From a virus (taxonomy: Duplodnaviria > Caudoviricetes), in the IMG/VR virus record IMGVR_UViG_3300021387_000452: a DNA stretch of 64,000 nucleotides. One strand, written 5' to 3'. Positions 31,001 through 40,615 of this stretch are shown here, one piece after another (the stretch's first letter is position 1; every line of letters begins with the position of its first letter). Below the pieces are notes generated by a model. The model was not told the origin of the DNA. It saw nothing but the letters and a program-made list of their open reading frames with translations, and made no database searches. Position numbers and translations under genes: made by a program.

Positions 31001-31263
31001 TATTCGAAATCTTCAATGCTGCTTAGCTGAGAAAGATAGCTATGAATCTTATCATAAATCTTGAAATGTTCAAATGGGACTACATCATTTTGATCTTTTA
31101 TATAGACGCTATTTGCTATTACAAGAGTGTCTGATAAAGCATTCATGTACGATGTTACTGATTCTAAACCTAACAAAAACAGCATGGTTGGCTCGGCTAC
31201 TTGCCATGTGTATAACACTCTATCATAGTAGAACAAAGTGCCATTTCTAGATGAATAAAGCAT
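28024..31263 (-). CDS. Large tail-associated structural protein (composite paralogue of 45024-46817 and 42645-44939)
   Basis: 1079 aa, Asp/Tyr-rich. Shares PTMLFxLGLE and MYSYALGVL blocks with 45024 and YCIPxVT..W blocks with 42645. Confidence 0.6.
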   Translation of the reverse strand: MLYSSRNGTLFYYDRVLYTWQVAEPTMLFLLGLESVTSYMNALSDTLVIANSVYIKDQNDVVPFEHFKIYDKIHSYLSQLSSIEDFEYYLRFNCNGLKLLLNELTGTGSDRTVPIIFRNDVNNKSIDLNSSMSRLESSETATLYDRQAQKIRDIFSDADYSGGSLIDTSDIEDASIAKYLKAYNMTLSEYYSERRKNGQIYKLLDYNAMYSYALGVLYGCRCLGFSPTLIWRIDPKFWYNGEFKNLVSTAWYTFRFHHTHYIPELDEAANAEMRDRYKGITPNRLWNLGSDKEIDKLDELPLKASELNCYALHVDKTYDADQVLTNEQAVAEPLIYSQFSESDPTVRSVYISYHVMSAAYRCFILSAFGDSLPISSDYHFVISITDKSDTEHPENVIVLGPIDKQSSSKNLFIFSTSEDDYTLYEYLDRFYNGHEQIEIEVEVKLGSDSLYKEEILRWDNIKPQGECLPLSDLESLLWVNVNNIISDGSDLDQKTGIVAEKDSPIVRYLADDPVVIRKAYQWVDPIYMNYTADDSAVSTSHQIREPKYLSPNEDEIYFIATGNIGWSYFDENLYKKSNAQYPYKLSIIPYSTLDSEDKAEVLPSRIDIDDHEYVPINYARRKKDSVIVTYYRCYVSDSDQDGSFDGDNDNEDTFMYGIFNGNVSIDKEKDAETDAISALTYDYSTLVNYHDDEAHKSNPTSAVGFFKEFISEELFAACYESPISIIDGYTLENWYDIDVPVSIFIYDSDRDYMYTGDGESQRVLISNYGYTPSKASAVAAYEYDQEYRDENNLAIPKPYEMRFYNGKYWSSKWEEPRLWRTADRVPDNVYMLAGSVTPIYRGQVLIQYEATVYSNINRNDNQYIFNDSSIQYVNEDFIAIKPPDWDQSTDTVWKYGYTTHVCPYILRDDNGNYLTSDGTSSGTPLVWYDQESSLYWNGLADIMRWQTLKPILNGQLVYITTTDQYSQAIDDPTNEIISLDGSNYISYSEFYSDNTRGAVRYKVKVFNPTKDEGIIDCLVDDKNDSDHPENTIYCIPGVTTTWVPRSGISNEGYRFVDGMTSLYSGADRVDVVIDDDFVD

Positions 31264-31331
31264 GCTGCTCCTCCAAATTAATATAACTATACTATAACTA
31301 CTACTTTATTGATATATAACTTCATAAAAGA

Positions 31332-31355
31332 AAGCCCCTGAATATTCAGGGGCTT
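31332..31355 (-). terminator. Intrinsic terminator
   Basis: AAGCCCCTGAA/TTCAGGGGCTT plus TCTTTT. Confidence 0.85.
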
Positions 31356-31362
31356 AACTTGT

Positions 31363-31770
31363 TTATTTTCTTATGCAAGCTGGTTTATCTGGCCAAACTA
31401 CATTTTCTGGAAATCCTTCTTGCTGTGGAATGTCTCTTAATGCCTGACGGTATTCTTTAAGAGACTCAAGATCTTCATTTTTCTTCGCTGGCATGTCTGA
31501 AATTGTAAAGTATTTGTCAGTTTCACTTAATAGCATATCTCTTTTATCTCTTATTTCAAATGCTTTATACTCATATACCGATTCTTCACTAGGTCTCTCA
31601 TAATTAAGTTCATTCTCTGACAACAGTGTGCGAATATAATTCTGTATTTCTGAATCTTCATTACTATGAATGTCGAAAATGTACTCTATTGTTTCACCAT
31701 CAATAGTTAAACTAAGTCCTAGTTGCTCACAATTAGCAAGCATTCTAGCTTTGTTTACTGTAATATTCAT
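31363..31770 (-). CDS. Tail fibre assembly chaperone
   Basis: IRDKRDMLLSETD...YRQALRDIPQQEGFPENVVWPDKP signature; directly downstream of a tail fibre gene. Confidence 0.88.
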   Translation of the reverse strand: MNITVNKARMLANCEQLGLSLTIDGETIEYIFDIHSNEDSEIQNYIRTLLSENELNYERPSEESVYEYKAFEIRDKRDMLLSETDKYFTISDMPAKKNEDLESLKEYRQALRDIPQQEGFPENVVWPDKPACIRK

Positions 31771-31787
31771 GATTTCTCCTAAATGTA

Positions 31788-34700
31788 TTACGATATTATT
31801 GCTAAAGCAATGTAATTCGCAGCAGATGTTGAATTGATATATACTTGTGTTAATAAACGTATAGAGCCAGTTAAGTTAGAAGGCGCTGTTTGTGAGGTCG
31901 TATCTTTATAGCCAGATGTTGGATCTACACCATAAATAGTACTGCCACTATTATACATTCTAAGAATCTTAACAGAATTTACTGTATAGTAACTAGTACC
32001 ACTAACAGATAAATCCTCACCTCTGTTTATGACCTGATAATATGAAGAATTTGTTGATTGTGCATTTATTCTAATTAAGTAAATGTTAATATCATATTTA
32101 AGAAATACGCTGTTTATATAACCTTTATACCATCTGTATGAACTAGTGCCTAAATAACAATAATTAGATTTTTCTGGTCGAATAGTCGGCTCTCCGCCTG
32201 TATTGTCAATAGCAATATAGTGATTATTTGAGTTTCCGCCAGATATATATAAATTCTGCCATTTATATGAAGTTGAACCTAAATCATAAGAATTATCAGA
32301 AGAAGGTATAATATTTGTATTTCCAGAAACAGTTGATGCAGAATAGCTATTTGTGCTAATCATTCTCCACCCACTGCCAACATATCTGAATAAAACTGTA
32401 GCTCCGCTTGCCCAAGAAGTGTTTACAGTAGTTCCTATTGGATTACCTCCATCTCTTGTCATTGAATAATCGGTTATGTTTGGCAATTTTAATTTGGGAG
32501 AAGAATGCGTGTTTGACGCATTAAAATAAATAGCTATAATCATACCAGAATGTACAAAGTTTACTGCTGGTGAAATGCTACTTACATTCCAATATGAATT
32601 GGTTGAATCCCAAGATGCTGTTCCGTATGGAATAACAGGCGATCCAAGGAAAAAGTTAGAATATACATACCTCCACCTGTAGCTTGAACTACCTAAATCA
32701 TATCCTGTTGATGATGTTGTTGGATCTGTGTTTGGAATAATATCATCTTTAGCAGTTACTTGAGAACTTGTAGCAGTTAGTTTAGCTGTTGATGAGTACG
32801 ATAAGTTAGTAGCATTTGTAACTTGAATTCCAGCAATATAAGTAGAAAGCAAAGTTCCATTAGATGTGACATATAAATTATCAATGTAAGCGCCATGAAA
32901 ATGTTTATTCGAGTTACCAATGTACCAATTACCACTGTATGGGATTATATAGCCATAACTATCTGTGGCTATTGTACTACTTATAGCTAAAGAAGAAACT
33001 CTGACCTTACTACTGTCAAATGTTTCAATATAAACATTACTTGTATCTGGAGATGCTGTAAATGAAGGTGATATTTTTGTGTAACCAAAATCTGCATTTG
33101 TTAATTTTATGTATTTGCCACTATTTAGCAGTTCTAAACTTCCACTAAATGTATCTGTTGTAAGAGTATTAGTGCTTGGGTTATATTTTAATGAATTAAC
33201 TGTATCAGTGTATATGGATTTAGATGCAGGTGATGAAGTGCTACTGTTTATTGACTCAGCAAAAACGACTGGGTATGATTCATCTGTACTGTTACCTAGT
33301 AACTTTAATTTGCTTGCACTATCGGCGTTACCAGTTAAATTGCCAGTTAAAGTTCCTGTAAATGTTTTATTACCGGATATGGTTTGTGCTGTATTTGTAG
33401 TAACATAATTTGTGGGGAGATCTGCTGATGTTAAATACACAGTTGAATCGATAGTGCCATCAGCTTTTAAGAAATCGCTGGATGTACCAGTAGTGGTACC
33501 GTTAACGTATTTAAACCCAGCGGCAGTACAAGAACCAGATCTAAATGTACCGTTACCATTCTGATCCATCATCAATGCTTTTGCAGACGTAGGACCAAAG
33601 TAAAACTTATCTTGTGAAGCTTGGCAGTACCATAAATTTGTTCCGCACTTTAGTCCAATTAATGGATTACTTGCGTCAGATCTAACAGCAACGTAAGAAG
33701 TAACACCAGAAGTGTTTAGTAAATTTGCTGAATTTGAAATGCCAAAGTTGCCTATCATAGTGTCGACAGTTTGGCCATTATATAAATACTTACCATCTGA
33801 TCTAGCTGTAGTCTTTGCTGGAATAGCTCTAGTTGAACCGTCTGCGACGTCGTCTAATGTTAAAGTAATATCTGAAGATAGTGCTTTATTGTTTATTTTT
33901 CTTGATGATGTTACATAGTTAGCGTCATTTGTGAAATATGAAACGCCAGCTGGAATGTCATCTAAGTCAAAATAGCTATTACTTACAGCAGCTGCACCAA
34001 CTTCTGTAACTACTGATGATGAGGTTTTATAGACTCTAACAATGATAACTGTATTTGCTCCAACTGAAGATACTAATGTAGCACTCCATGAACTGCCAGC
34101 TGCTATTGTTAATGTTCTCTCATCATTTATTATACCGCCGCTAGATGTTAGTGAGTACGAATTTCCAGAACCATAGCTAACATTTAATGTGTAAGACGCA
34201 GTTGAAGAATACATCTGCACTCTTACTCTATATGTACCAGCTGTTGGCATTGATGGGAATAGGCCTTTACAGTTAGCAGCTGGTATTGAAATATTACCTG
34301 AGCCAGAGACATTATTTCTATAAAATGAACCAAGAACTTCATAAGAAGTTACATCATCAGGAATATGTAAATCTACATTCTTATCTGTAATTGTCTGCGC
34401 TGTACCATCGACTGAAATTGACTCTAATGGAACTGTAATATTAGCTGTAACATTTGAAGATGCGTTTGCTGTGAATGTTTTTACAGTTGTGCCGTTCTTC
34501 TGAATGGTTAAAGTCGCATTATTAACTGTTGGGATAGTAGGTTTATTTGAAAGATCATTATATGAGCCGCTTGTGGCTACTGTAGCTAGCCCAAGATTTA
34601 TTGTTTTACCAGAACTTGCATTTGTGGTGAAACTATCACCTGTGTCATCGCTATTCTTTTTAATCGTAATTGTTGAATTATTGACTGTAGGAATCGTTGG

Positions 34701-37700
34701 TTTATTACTTAAGTCATTATAAGATCCGCTTGAAGCGACTGTTGAAAGTCCTAAATTAATTGTTACATTTGAGGAAGCATTTGCTGTAAATGTCTTAGAA
34801 CCTGTATCATCAGTGCCGCCTTTATTTATTGTTAGTGAAGCATTGTTTACTGTAGGAATCGTTGGTTTATTACTTAAGTCATTATAAGATCCGCTTGAAG
34901 CGACTGTTGAAAGGCCTAAATTAATTGTTTTAGCAGTTGCAGTATTTGTTGTAAATGAATCACCTGCATCAGAAGTGTTCTTTTTAATTGTTATAGTAGT
35001 ATCGTTTACAGTTGGAATTGTGGGTTTATTTGATAAATCATTGTAACTTCCACTTGTAGCGACAGTAGCTAATCCTAAGTTGCATGTTACATTTGTTGAA
35101 GCATTAGCAGTGAATTCTGTCCCAGTATCAGAAGCATTCTTTTTGATAGTAAGCTTTGCATTATTAACAGTTGGTATTAAGCCATCAACTTGTGCTTTAG
35201 TATAATAGTTGTTTGCATCAAAAATGTCTGAAATTGGAATCTCAATGTCTTCTTTACCAGCATCAGTATTAAATGTAATAACAAGATTACCACCAGATAC
35301 TTCAACTGTGTCAACCATGCCGTCTTTAATAAATGCAGATGCATCTATATCAGTGTTTAGTTTAGTACCTGAGGGATTATAGAATTCAATTTTCTTTGAT
35401 GTTGAATTATACTGCGCTGACGCAACTACACTACTTAATGACTGATGAGATGTTAAATAACCTGCATCATTATTAAAAGCGCTAACATTGGTAGGAATAG
35501 AAGCGCTAGTAATATAAGCGCTTGAGTCCAATGACCCGTCTGCTTTCAAAAATTGAGAGGATGTACCTCCAGATACAATAAATTTAGTGCCTGTTAAATC
35601 GTGATATAATGTCTGAGCAACTGTTTTATTAAACACAGACATTTGCTGTAGTGTACCACGAGTCTGATAAAATGCAACCTCAGTTACATTAGCTGTAACA
35701 CTGTCTTTGGCGTTTACTGTAATTTCAACTTGAGTTACACCATAAAAACTAGTATTTACACCACGATATAAAGCCTGATTACTATTCTTACATACATTAG
35801 TTAAAGTAACATCATGCCATCCAGGATTCTGAGTCCAGTCAGAATAAACGCGGCATGTAACAGATTCAGGTACATTAGTATAATAAAAAGCTACTTCAAG
35901 ATAGCCATAAGGGTACCCGCCACCCCACATCTTTGTATTATTTTTACCAGCTATAAGTATAACGCCAGAGCCACTTTTAGGTACTACAACATTTGTTTCA
36001 AATGAACCATCAAATAATGAAGCTGAAGCATTGTTATTGCTAAATCCAGTTAACGTTACATCATATCGTTTATTTGCAGCCCATAGAGTATTATGTATTT
36101 CATACTGCCATAGTCTTCTATTATCAAAGCCATTTATAGTTGAGATAACTTCACTATAAGGTACATAATTATTTAATTTCCTAGTGGATCCATCTAACAC
36201 ATCATCTAAATTTAATGTAATATCAGATGAAAGCGCTTTATTGTTTACTTTTCTTGTTGTAGGAATATAATTTGATAGTTTTCGTGTAGAACCATCTGTG
36301 ACTTCATCTAAAGTATAAGAAGGCTTAGTTGCTTGTTTAGCCCACGCTGGAACAGTGGGATCTGTTTCAGTATAAGACGTCAAATACCCAGCATCATTAT
36401 TAAAAGCACTTACATTTGTTGGAATATCTTCTTCTGTGATAAACCCAGAGTCATTTGTTAAATCTGATGTTTTAGATGGTAAAACAACACCAGACCATAA
36501 CTTAATGCCGTTGCCATCATGATAATACACTGGATGATTTTGGAAAAGTTCAACTGCTGTTGCAGATGTAGCTGTACCTAAAAAGATATAAATATTGCCA
36601 TCACTTGATGCTGGTAAATCTTGAACAGTTGGATTTGTTGCATCAATTATAGCAGAGCCATCTGTCTGCGGAGCGCATTTTACATATACTGGTTTTTCAG
36701 CTGTTAGCGCAAGAGTACCGCCATTTACATTAAATGAATAACCTAGTGCTAAATTATACTGATCCCATATAGTTGTAGCAGCTAAATTAGCGCCTACTGC
36801 ATAATTTGTATTTGCAGATGTGTAGACAATTCTGCCAAATGGATTAATTGGTCTTTGATTTACTGCTCTTGCTGTAGTAGTATCATTAGTAGAATTTACG
36901 GATGCAGGTACCCATAAGTTACAGTTCGCTGATGTAAAGTATAATTTATAGTATCTTGCTGTATCAGATACATTCATTACAGTTGAATTAGTTCTTAACT
37001 GATAACCAACTGAATTTGTATTTGAATCGTATCCTCTATAGCAAATCCAACAACCACCTGATACTCTAGTGCTATCATACACAAATAGCATTGTATATGC
37101 TGCACTGAAGATTGTAGTGTCACGTGTAGAAGCAGCTAAATTTGTATAACATGGCTTAGCGCCTAAGCCATTTACATTAAGAGTAAATCCTGACGCTGAC
37201 GATACTACGCCATTTTTAACCATACATGTAACGCCATCCTCAAGCTTATATATGCCTGGAACAGTGACCGTAAACTTTGTAGATGTAGATGTAGAGTCAC
37301 AAATTCCAAATGGAATGCCAGTAGTCTTGATTACATTGTTAGATAGAGAAATGCCATCGCCGGCTGTGTATGAAACATCTGATATAAGGTCATCTACTTG
37401 AGTCTTACTATAAACTGAATAGTTATCATCTGCATTAGTATCTGGATTTTCTATATGAAGAACTCCATCAGTATTATGAGCAGCATTACTATAACCAGAC
37501 TGAACTGTGGCAAACAAAAATCCATTCGTAAATACAGAAAAGTCAAACGGGAGCAAAACGTTTAATACTCCAGCAGTCTTAAGTATAAAAGACTCTTCCT
37601 GAGAATAGCCAGCTACAACTTTCTTAGTACTACCAGACAGCGTGTAAAATAGTATAGTTCTAATTGCATAGACGTTAGAAGATGTATCAATTACTCTTAC

Positions 37701-37871
37701 ACTGCCAGAGTTTTTGTTTATACTACCACATGCATCAATATCAAGCACAGCTTGTGATAAATCTGCTGAGTCGATATTGTTGACATATTCTGATATTAAA
37801 ATAATACCGTCTATAGTTACTTGTGATGAAGCAACAGACTGACCATAAGTAGTTAGTTCAGCTATAAACAT
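31788..37871 (-). CDS. Long tail fibre protein (2027 aa)
   Basis: N-terminal anchor (LTTYGQ), Ser/Thr/Asn-rich, repeats SGSYNDLSNKPTIP, NVSAFNNDAGYLT, LxLDDVxDGSTR and YDLGSxSYxW; chaperone gene downstream. Confidence 0.88.
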   Translation of the reverse strand: MFIAELTTYGQSVASSQVTIDGIILISEYVNNIDSADLSQAVLDIDACGSINKNSGSVRVIDTSSNVYAIRTILFYTLSGSTKKVVAGYSQEESFILKTAGVLNVLLPFDFSVFTNGFLFATVQSGYSNAAHNTDGVLHIENPDTNADDNYSVYSKTQVDDLISDVSYTAGDGISLSNNVIKTTGIPFGICDSTSTSTKFTVTVPGIYKLEDGVTCMVKNGVVSSASGFTLNVNGLGAKPCYTNLAASTRDTTIFSAAYTMLFVYDSTRVSGGCWICYRGYDSNTNSVGYQLRTNSTVMNVSDTARYYKLYFTSANCNLWVPASVNSTNDTTTARAVNQRPINPFGRIVYTSANTNYAVGANLAATTIWDQYNLALGYSFNVNGGTLALTAEKPVYVKCAPQTDGSAIIDATNPTVQDLPASSDGNIYIFLGTATSATAVELFQNHPVYYHDGNGIKLWSGVVLPSKTSDLTNDSGFITEEDIPTNVSAFNNDAGYLTSYTETDPTVPAWAKQATKPSYTLDEVTDGSTRKLSNYIPTTRKVNNKALSSDITLNLDDVLDGSTRKLNNYVPYSEVISTINGFDNRRLWQYEIHNTLWAANKRYDVTLTGFSNNNASASLFDGSFETNVVVPKSGSGVILIAGKNNTKMWGGGYPYGYLEVAFYYTNVPESVTCRVYSDWTQNPGWHDVTLTNVCKNSNQALYRGVNTSFYGVTQVEITVNAKDSVTANVTEVAFYQTRGTLQQMSVFNKTVAQTLYHDLTGTKFIVSGGTSSQFLKADGSLDSSAYITSASIPTNVSAFNNDAGYLTSHQSLSSVVASAQYNSTSKKIEFYNPSGTKLNTDIDASAFIKDGMVDTVEVSGGNLVITFNTDAGKEDIEIPISDIFDANNYYTKAQVDGLIPTVNNAKLTIKKNASDTGTEFTANASTNVTCNLGLATVATSGSYNDLSNKPTIPTVNDTTITIKKNTSDAGDSFTTNTATAKTINLGLSTVASSGSYNDLSNKPTIPTVNNASLTINKGGTDDTGSKTFTANASSNVTINLGLSTVASSGSYNDLSNKPTIPTVNNSTITIKKNSDDTGDSFTTNASSGKTINLGLATVATSGSYNDLSNKPTIPTVNNATLTIQKNGTTVKTFTANASSNVTANITVPLESISVDGTAQTITDKNVDLHIPDDVTSYEVLGSFYRNNVSGSGNISIPAANCKGLFPSMPTAGTYRVRVQMYSSTASYTLNVSYGSGNSYSLTSSGGIINDERTLTIAAGSSWSATLVSSVGANTVIIVRVYKTSSSVVTEVGAAAVSNSYFDLDDIPAGVSYFTNDANYVTSSRKINNKALSSDITLTLDDVADGSTRAIPAKTTARSDGKYLYNGQTVDTMIGNFGISNSANLLNTSGVTSYVAVRSDASNPLIGLKCGTNLWYCQASQDKFYFGPTSAKALMMDQNGNGTFRSGSCTAAGFKYVNGTTTGTSSDFLKADGTIDSTVYLTSADLPTNYVTTNTAQTISGNKTFTGTLTGNLTGNADSASKLKLLGNSTDESYPVVFAESINSSTSSPASKSIYTDTVNSLKYNPSTNTLTTDTFSGSLELLNSGKYIKLTNADFGYTKISPSFTASPDTSNVYIETFDSSKVRVSSLAISSTIATDSYGYIIPYSGNWYIGNSNKHFHGAYIDNLYVTSNGTLLSTYIAGIQVTNATNLSYSSTAKLTATSSQVTAKDDIIPNTDPTTSSTGYDLGSSSYRWRYVYSNFFLGSPVIPYGTASWDSTNSYWNVSSISPAVNFVHSGMIIAIYFNASNTHSSPKLKLPNITDYSMTRDGGNPIGTTVNTSWASGATVLFRYVGSGWRMISTNSYSASTVSGNTNIIPSSDNSYDLGSTSYKWQNLYISGGNSNNHYIAIDNTGGEPTIRPEKSNYCYLGTSSYRWYKGYINSVFLKYDINIYLIRINAQSTNSSYYQVINRGEDLSVSGTSYYTVNSVKILRMYNSGSTIYGVDPTSGYKDTTSQTAPSNLTGSIRLLTQVYINSTSAANYIALAIIS
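34430..35180. repeat. Tandem ~54-aa repeats in the tail fibre, including a near-identical ~80-bp pair
   Basis: Four SGSYNDLSNKPTIPTVN units. 34684-34764 and 34849-34929 differ at one base. Confidence 0.85.
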
Positions 37872-37947
37872 TCGAATTACCTCATAAGACGGATAATGAA
37901 AATAACGTACATAAATATATGTATTTGATATATGAGATCATACTACA

Positions 37948-37973
37948 AAACCCTCAAGAAGTCTTGAGGGTTT
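37948..37973 (-). terminator. Intrinsic terminator
   Basis: AAACCCTCAAGA/TCTTGAGGGTTT plus TGT. Confidence 0.8.
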
Positions 37974-37979
37974 GTCTAA

Positions 37980-40583
37980 TTAAGCTGAATATGTATTATC
38001 AACCTTTTGTGCAAGCACCAGACAAGGCTCTGTAGCTGTTCGTTTCATTGCTACAGAAAGAAGCTTCCATTTACCAGATAGCGCTTCATTTGTTGCTACT
38101 GCTTTATATGAAATCTGACCTGAAATAGGAAGTGACATACCAACTGGTTTTAGATATGCTCCATTAACAAATTCACCATAAGATTTTTGATTACCAACTT
38201 CAGTATATAAGAACAATCCAATTGAGCCAACTGCATTCTCTGACGAAATTGATTTTACCTTATTATTTACATAATCTACAGTGGTTAGTCTACCATCTTC
38301 AAGTAAAGCGCCATTGATGTCTAAATAGCTGGCAACAAAGCTTCCGCCTACATCTGGAATTGGCTGATCATCTATTGTTGAATTAAAATAAATAGAGTGA
38401 ACACCATTATCTATGCTTGCGCGTCCCGGTCCATTAAGAGTAATACTAGCTACAGTATTAGCACCACTCTTTTGCTGAATGTAAAAGGTGCTTTCACCTG
38501 GAGAACCAGTGGTTAATCTGTAACTATATGGATCTCCAGACGTATTAACATAAGAACCTATAATTTCAAACCCATTTATTGAAACATTATCAACATCAAG
38601 TGAACCAGTAATGTCTACGTCACCAGTGATACTCAGGTCTGATGATATATTCTGAACTGTAGAAGATGTCTTCTTTACATATGCAGACATATCTCCAGTA
38701 TATGATGATAAATAGTCAACTGTAACTAATCTACCGTCAACAGCTGCCTGCATACCTGCATCAGAATAATCAGCTACAGCTGAGCCATAGGCGTTCTCAC
38801 CTGATAAAACAAGGAAGTCAATTGTGGCTGACTGACTAGATGGAGAACCACTTAACTTAATTAATGGGTATTCTTCATTGTTATTATAATCGTCTAGCAA
38901 TATTGCAGCTTTTCTACCATCTTCAGCAGAAATCCAAAGCTGACCGTTTGCAGTTAAATTCCCTGTAGTATATGTAAATGTTTCGGCTCTTGAGCTTGAA
39001 TGATGGGCTGCAGTTTTTATAACAATCTCTGACTGTATTGTCTGTCTTGAAGATGACTGTAACTTTACATAATCACCGCTTGCGGTAGTGATTTGATTTG
39101 TAACATAAGTAGCAACTGCCGCGCTTGAAGGTATTTCATCTTGCTTTGTTGAATCTACTGTTTGTTTTATTTGTGAATCTTCTACAAATAACGAATCAGC
39201 TTCAGACTTAGTATATGAATCTTGACCGTATTTGCCAATGTATGTCCAAGTTTTAGGACTAGTTGATGTCAAGTTATATACTGTTGATGCGCCATCATGA
39301 GTCTCATCTGCTAAAACTTGTACTTTATCTCCAACTTGAAGATTAGTTATACCTAATGTATCAAGCGCTGACTTTGTAGCGACAATATCAGCTAAATTCT
39401 GACCTGCATTTAAAGCATCAATCTGAGATTGTAATCCACTATCGGCTGTTTGAAATGCAGTCGTTACAGCTGAATCACCAGCAGAGATTGCTGATCTTAC
39501 TGTAGCTACAGTTGGAATCTTTGCATTATTGCTTGAGTTAGACCAAGTGTTAGCTGCATAAGTAGAATAAACACCAGTGCCTATATATGAAGGAGATGAA
39601 ACGCTAGTGCTAAATACTGTAGCTGCTGAAAATGTCTTTGCCCCAGTAACTGTTTCAGCCCCATCAATATGAACGTAGTTACCATCTATAGATGATAATT
39701 TATTTGTAACGTATGTATCAACAGCTGCACCAGATACTAGCTTATTTGTTGGATTGCTTGTTGTAGTCTCTGTTACAGAGTTTGAGTACAGCTCTGATAT
39801 GTAATCTTCATTAACTAATGTCTGAGAACCAACTAAAGAGCCAGAAGAAATTGTTGGATAACTCGTTACTACGCTACCTATAATATATGTACCATTACCA
39901 CCAGTTGGGCCGTCTATATATAAGTATGTAACATTGTCTACTGAATTATATTGCGTATGAAATGTTACAGCAGTTTGTTCTTCAGTGTAATCGTCTACTA
40001 TGGAAAGATGACTAACTGTTGTTGAGCCCTCTACTGGCTCACCAGATGAAACGTTCCATGGAACGTATTTATTAGAACCGTCAATCCCAGCTTCAATAAG
40101 AGCTTCAACATCTGCTGCTGAGTATACTGTTCTATCTTTATGCGTCTCATCTGAAGATACTGCCAATCTAATAACACCGTCCCGCGTCTTTGAAGCGTAT
40201 GGTATATTTATATTGGTATTTTGAAATGCACATTTACTTGCGCCAGCAAACTGGCATGAAATTCTAAAGCAAGCTGGCTTACCATTAACTTTTGTAATTG
40301 AAACTGCTTCTGAATTTGCTAATACTGTGTTGCCAGACTTTAAAGATATTTGCTGTATAGTATATGAATTACTAGTAACTGTATCATCAAATACAACTAC
40401 TACATAATCACCAACGTCTGAGTCAGCTGCTACTACAGCGCCGGCAAAATTTGTAACTGGACTAACGCTAGAGAAGCTGCCAGTACCGCTTAAAACTATT
40501 GAATCAATTAGAACTGGATTTGATCCAGGAGTAGCTGCGTTTAATAAACTCTGACCAGCTGTTGTTACATTAAAAGTAAGCAT
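37980..40583 (-). CDS. Second tail fibre protein
   Basis: N-terminus paralogous to 31788-37871 (VTTAGQ; DGVIRL...VYS...V..LI) and ETVTGAKTF fibre motif. Confidence 0.8.
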   Translation of the reverse strand: MLTFNVTTAGQSLLNAATPGSNPVLIDSIVLSGTGSFSSVSPVTNFAGAVVAADSDVGDYVVVVFDDTVTSNSYTIQQISLKSGNTVLANSEAVSITKVNGKPACFRISCQFAGASKCAFQNTNINIPYASKTRDGVIRLAVSSDETHKDRTVYSAADVEALIEAGIDGSNKYVPWNVSSGEPVEGSTTVSHLSIVDDYTEEQTAVTFHTQYNSVDNVTYLYIDGPTGGNGTYIIGSVVTSYPTISSGSLVGSQTLVNEDYISELYSNSVTETTTSNPTNKLVSGAAVDTYVTNKLSSIDGNYVHIDGAETVTGAKTFSAATVFSTSVSSPSYIGTGVYSTYAANTWSNSSNNAKIPTVATVRSAISAGDSAVTTAFQTADSGLQSQIDALNAGQNLADIVATKSALDTLGITNLQVGDKVQVLADETHDGASTVYNLTSTSPKTWTYIGKYGQDSYTKSEADSLFVEDSQIKQTVDSTKQDEIPSSAAVATYVTNQITTASGDYVKLQSSSRQTIQSEIVIKTAAHHSSSRAETFTYTTGNLTANGQLWISAEDGRKAAILLDDYNNNEEYPLIKLSGSPSSQSATIDFLVLSGENAYGSAVADYSDAGMQAAVDGRLVTVDYLSSYTGDMSAYVKKTSSTVQNISSDLSITGDVDITGSLDVDNVSINGFEIIGSYVNTSGDPYSYRLTTGSPGESTFYIQQKSGANTVASITLNGPGRASIDNGVHSIYFNSTIDDQPIPDVGGSFVASYLDINGALLEDGRLTTVDYVNNKVKSISSENAVGSIGLFLYTEVGNQKSYGEFVNGAYLKPVGMSLPISGQISYKAVATNEALSGKWKLLSVAMKRTATEPCLVLAQKVDNTYSA

Positions 40584-40615
40584 ATCACCTCCACGGTATA
40601 TAAGTAAACTGCCTA

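Noticed and set aside
34430-35180. CRISPR-like repeat-spacer pattern
   Set aside because: The repeats are in-frame coding repeats within the fibre gene, are too long, and the intervening segments are homologous to each other.
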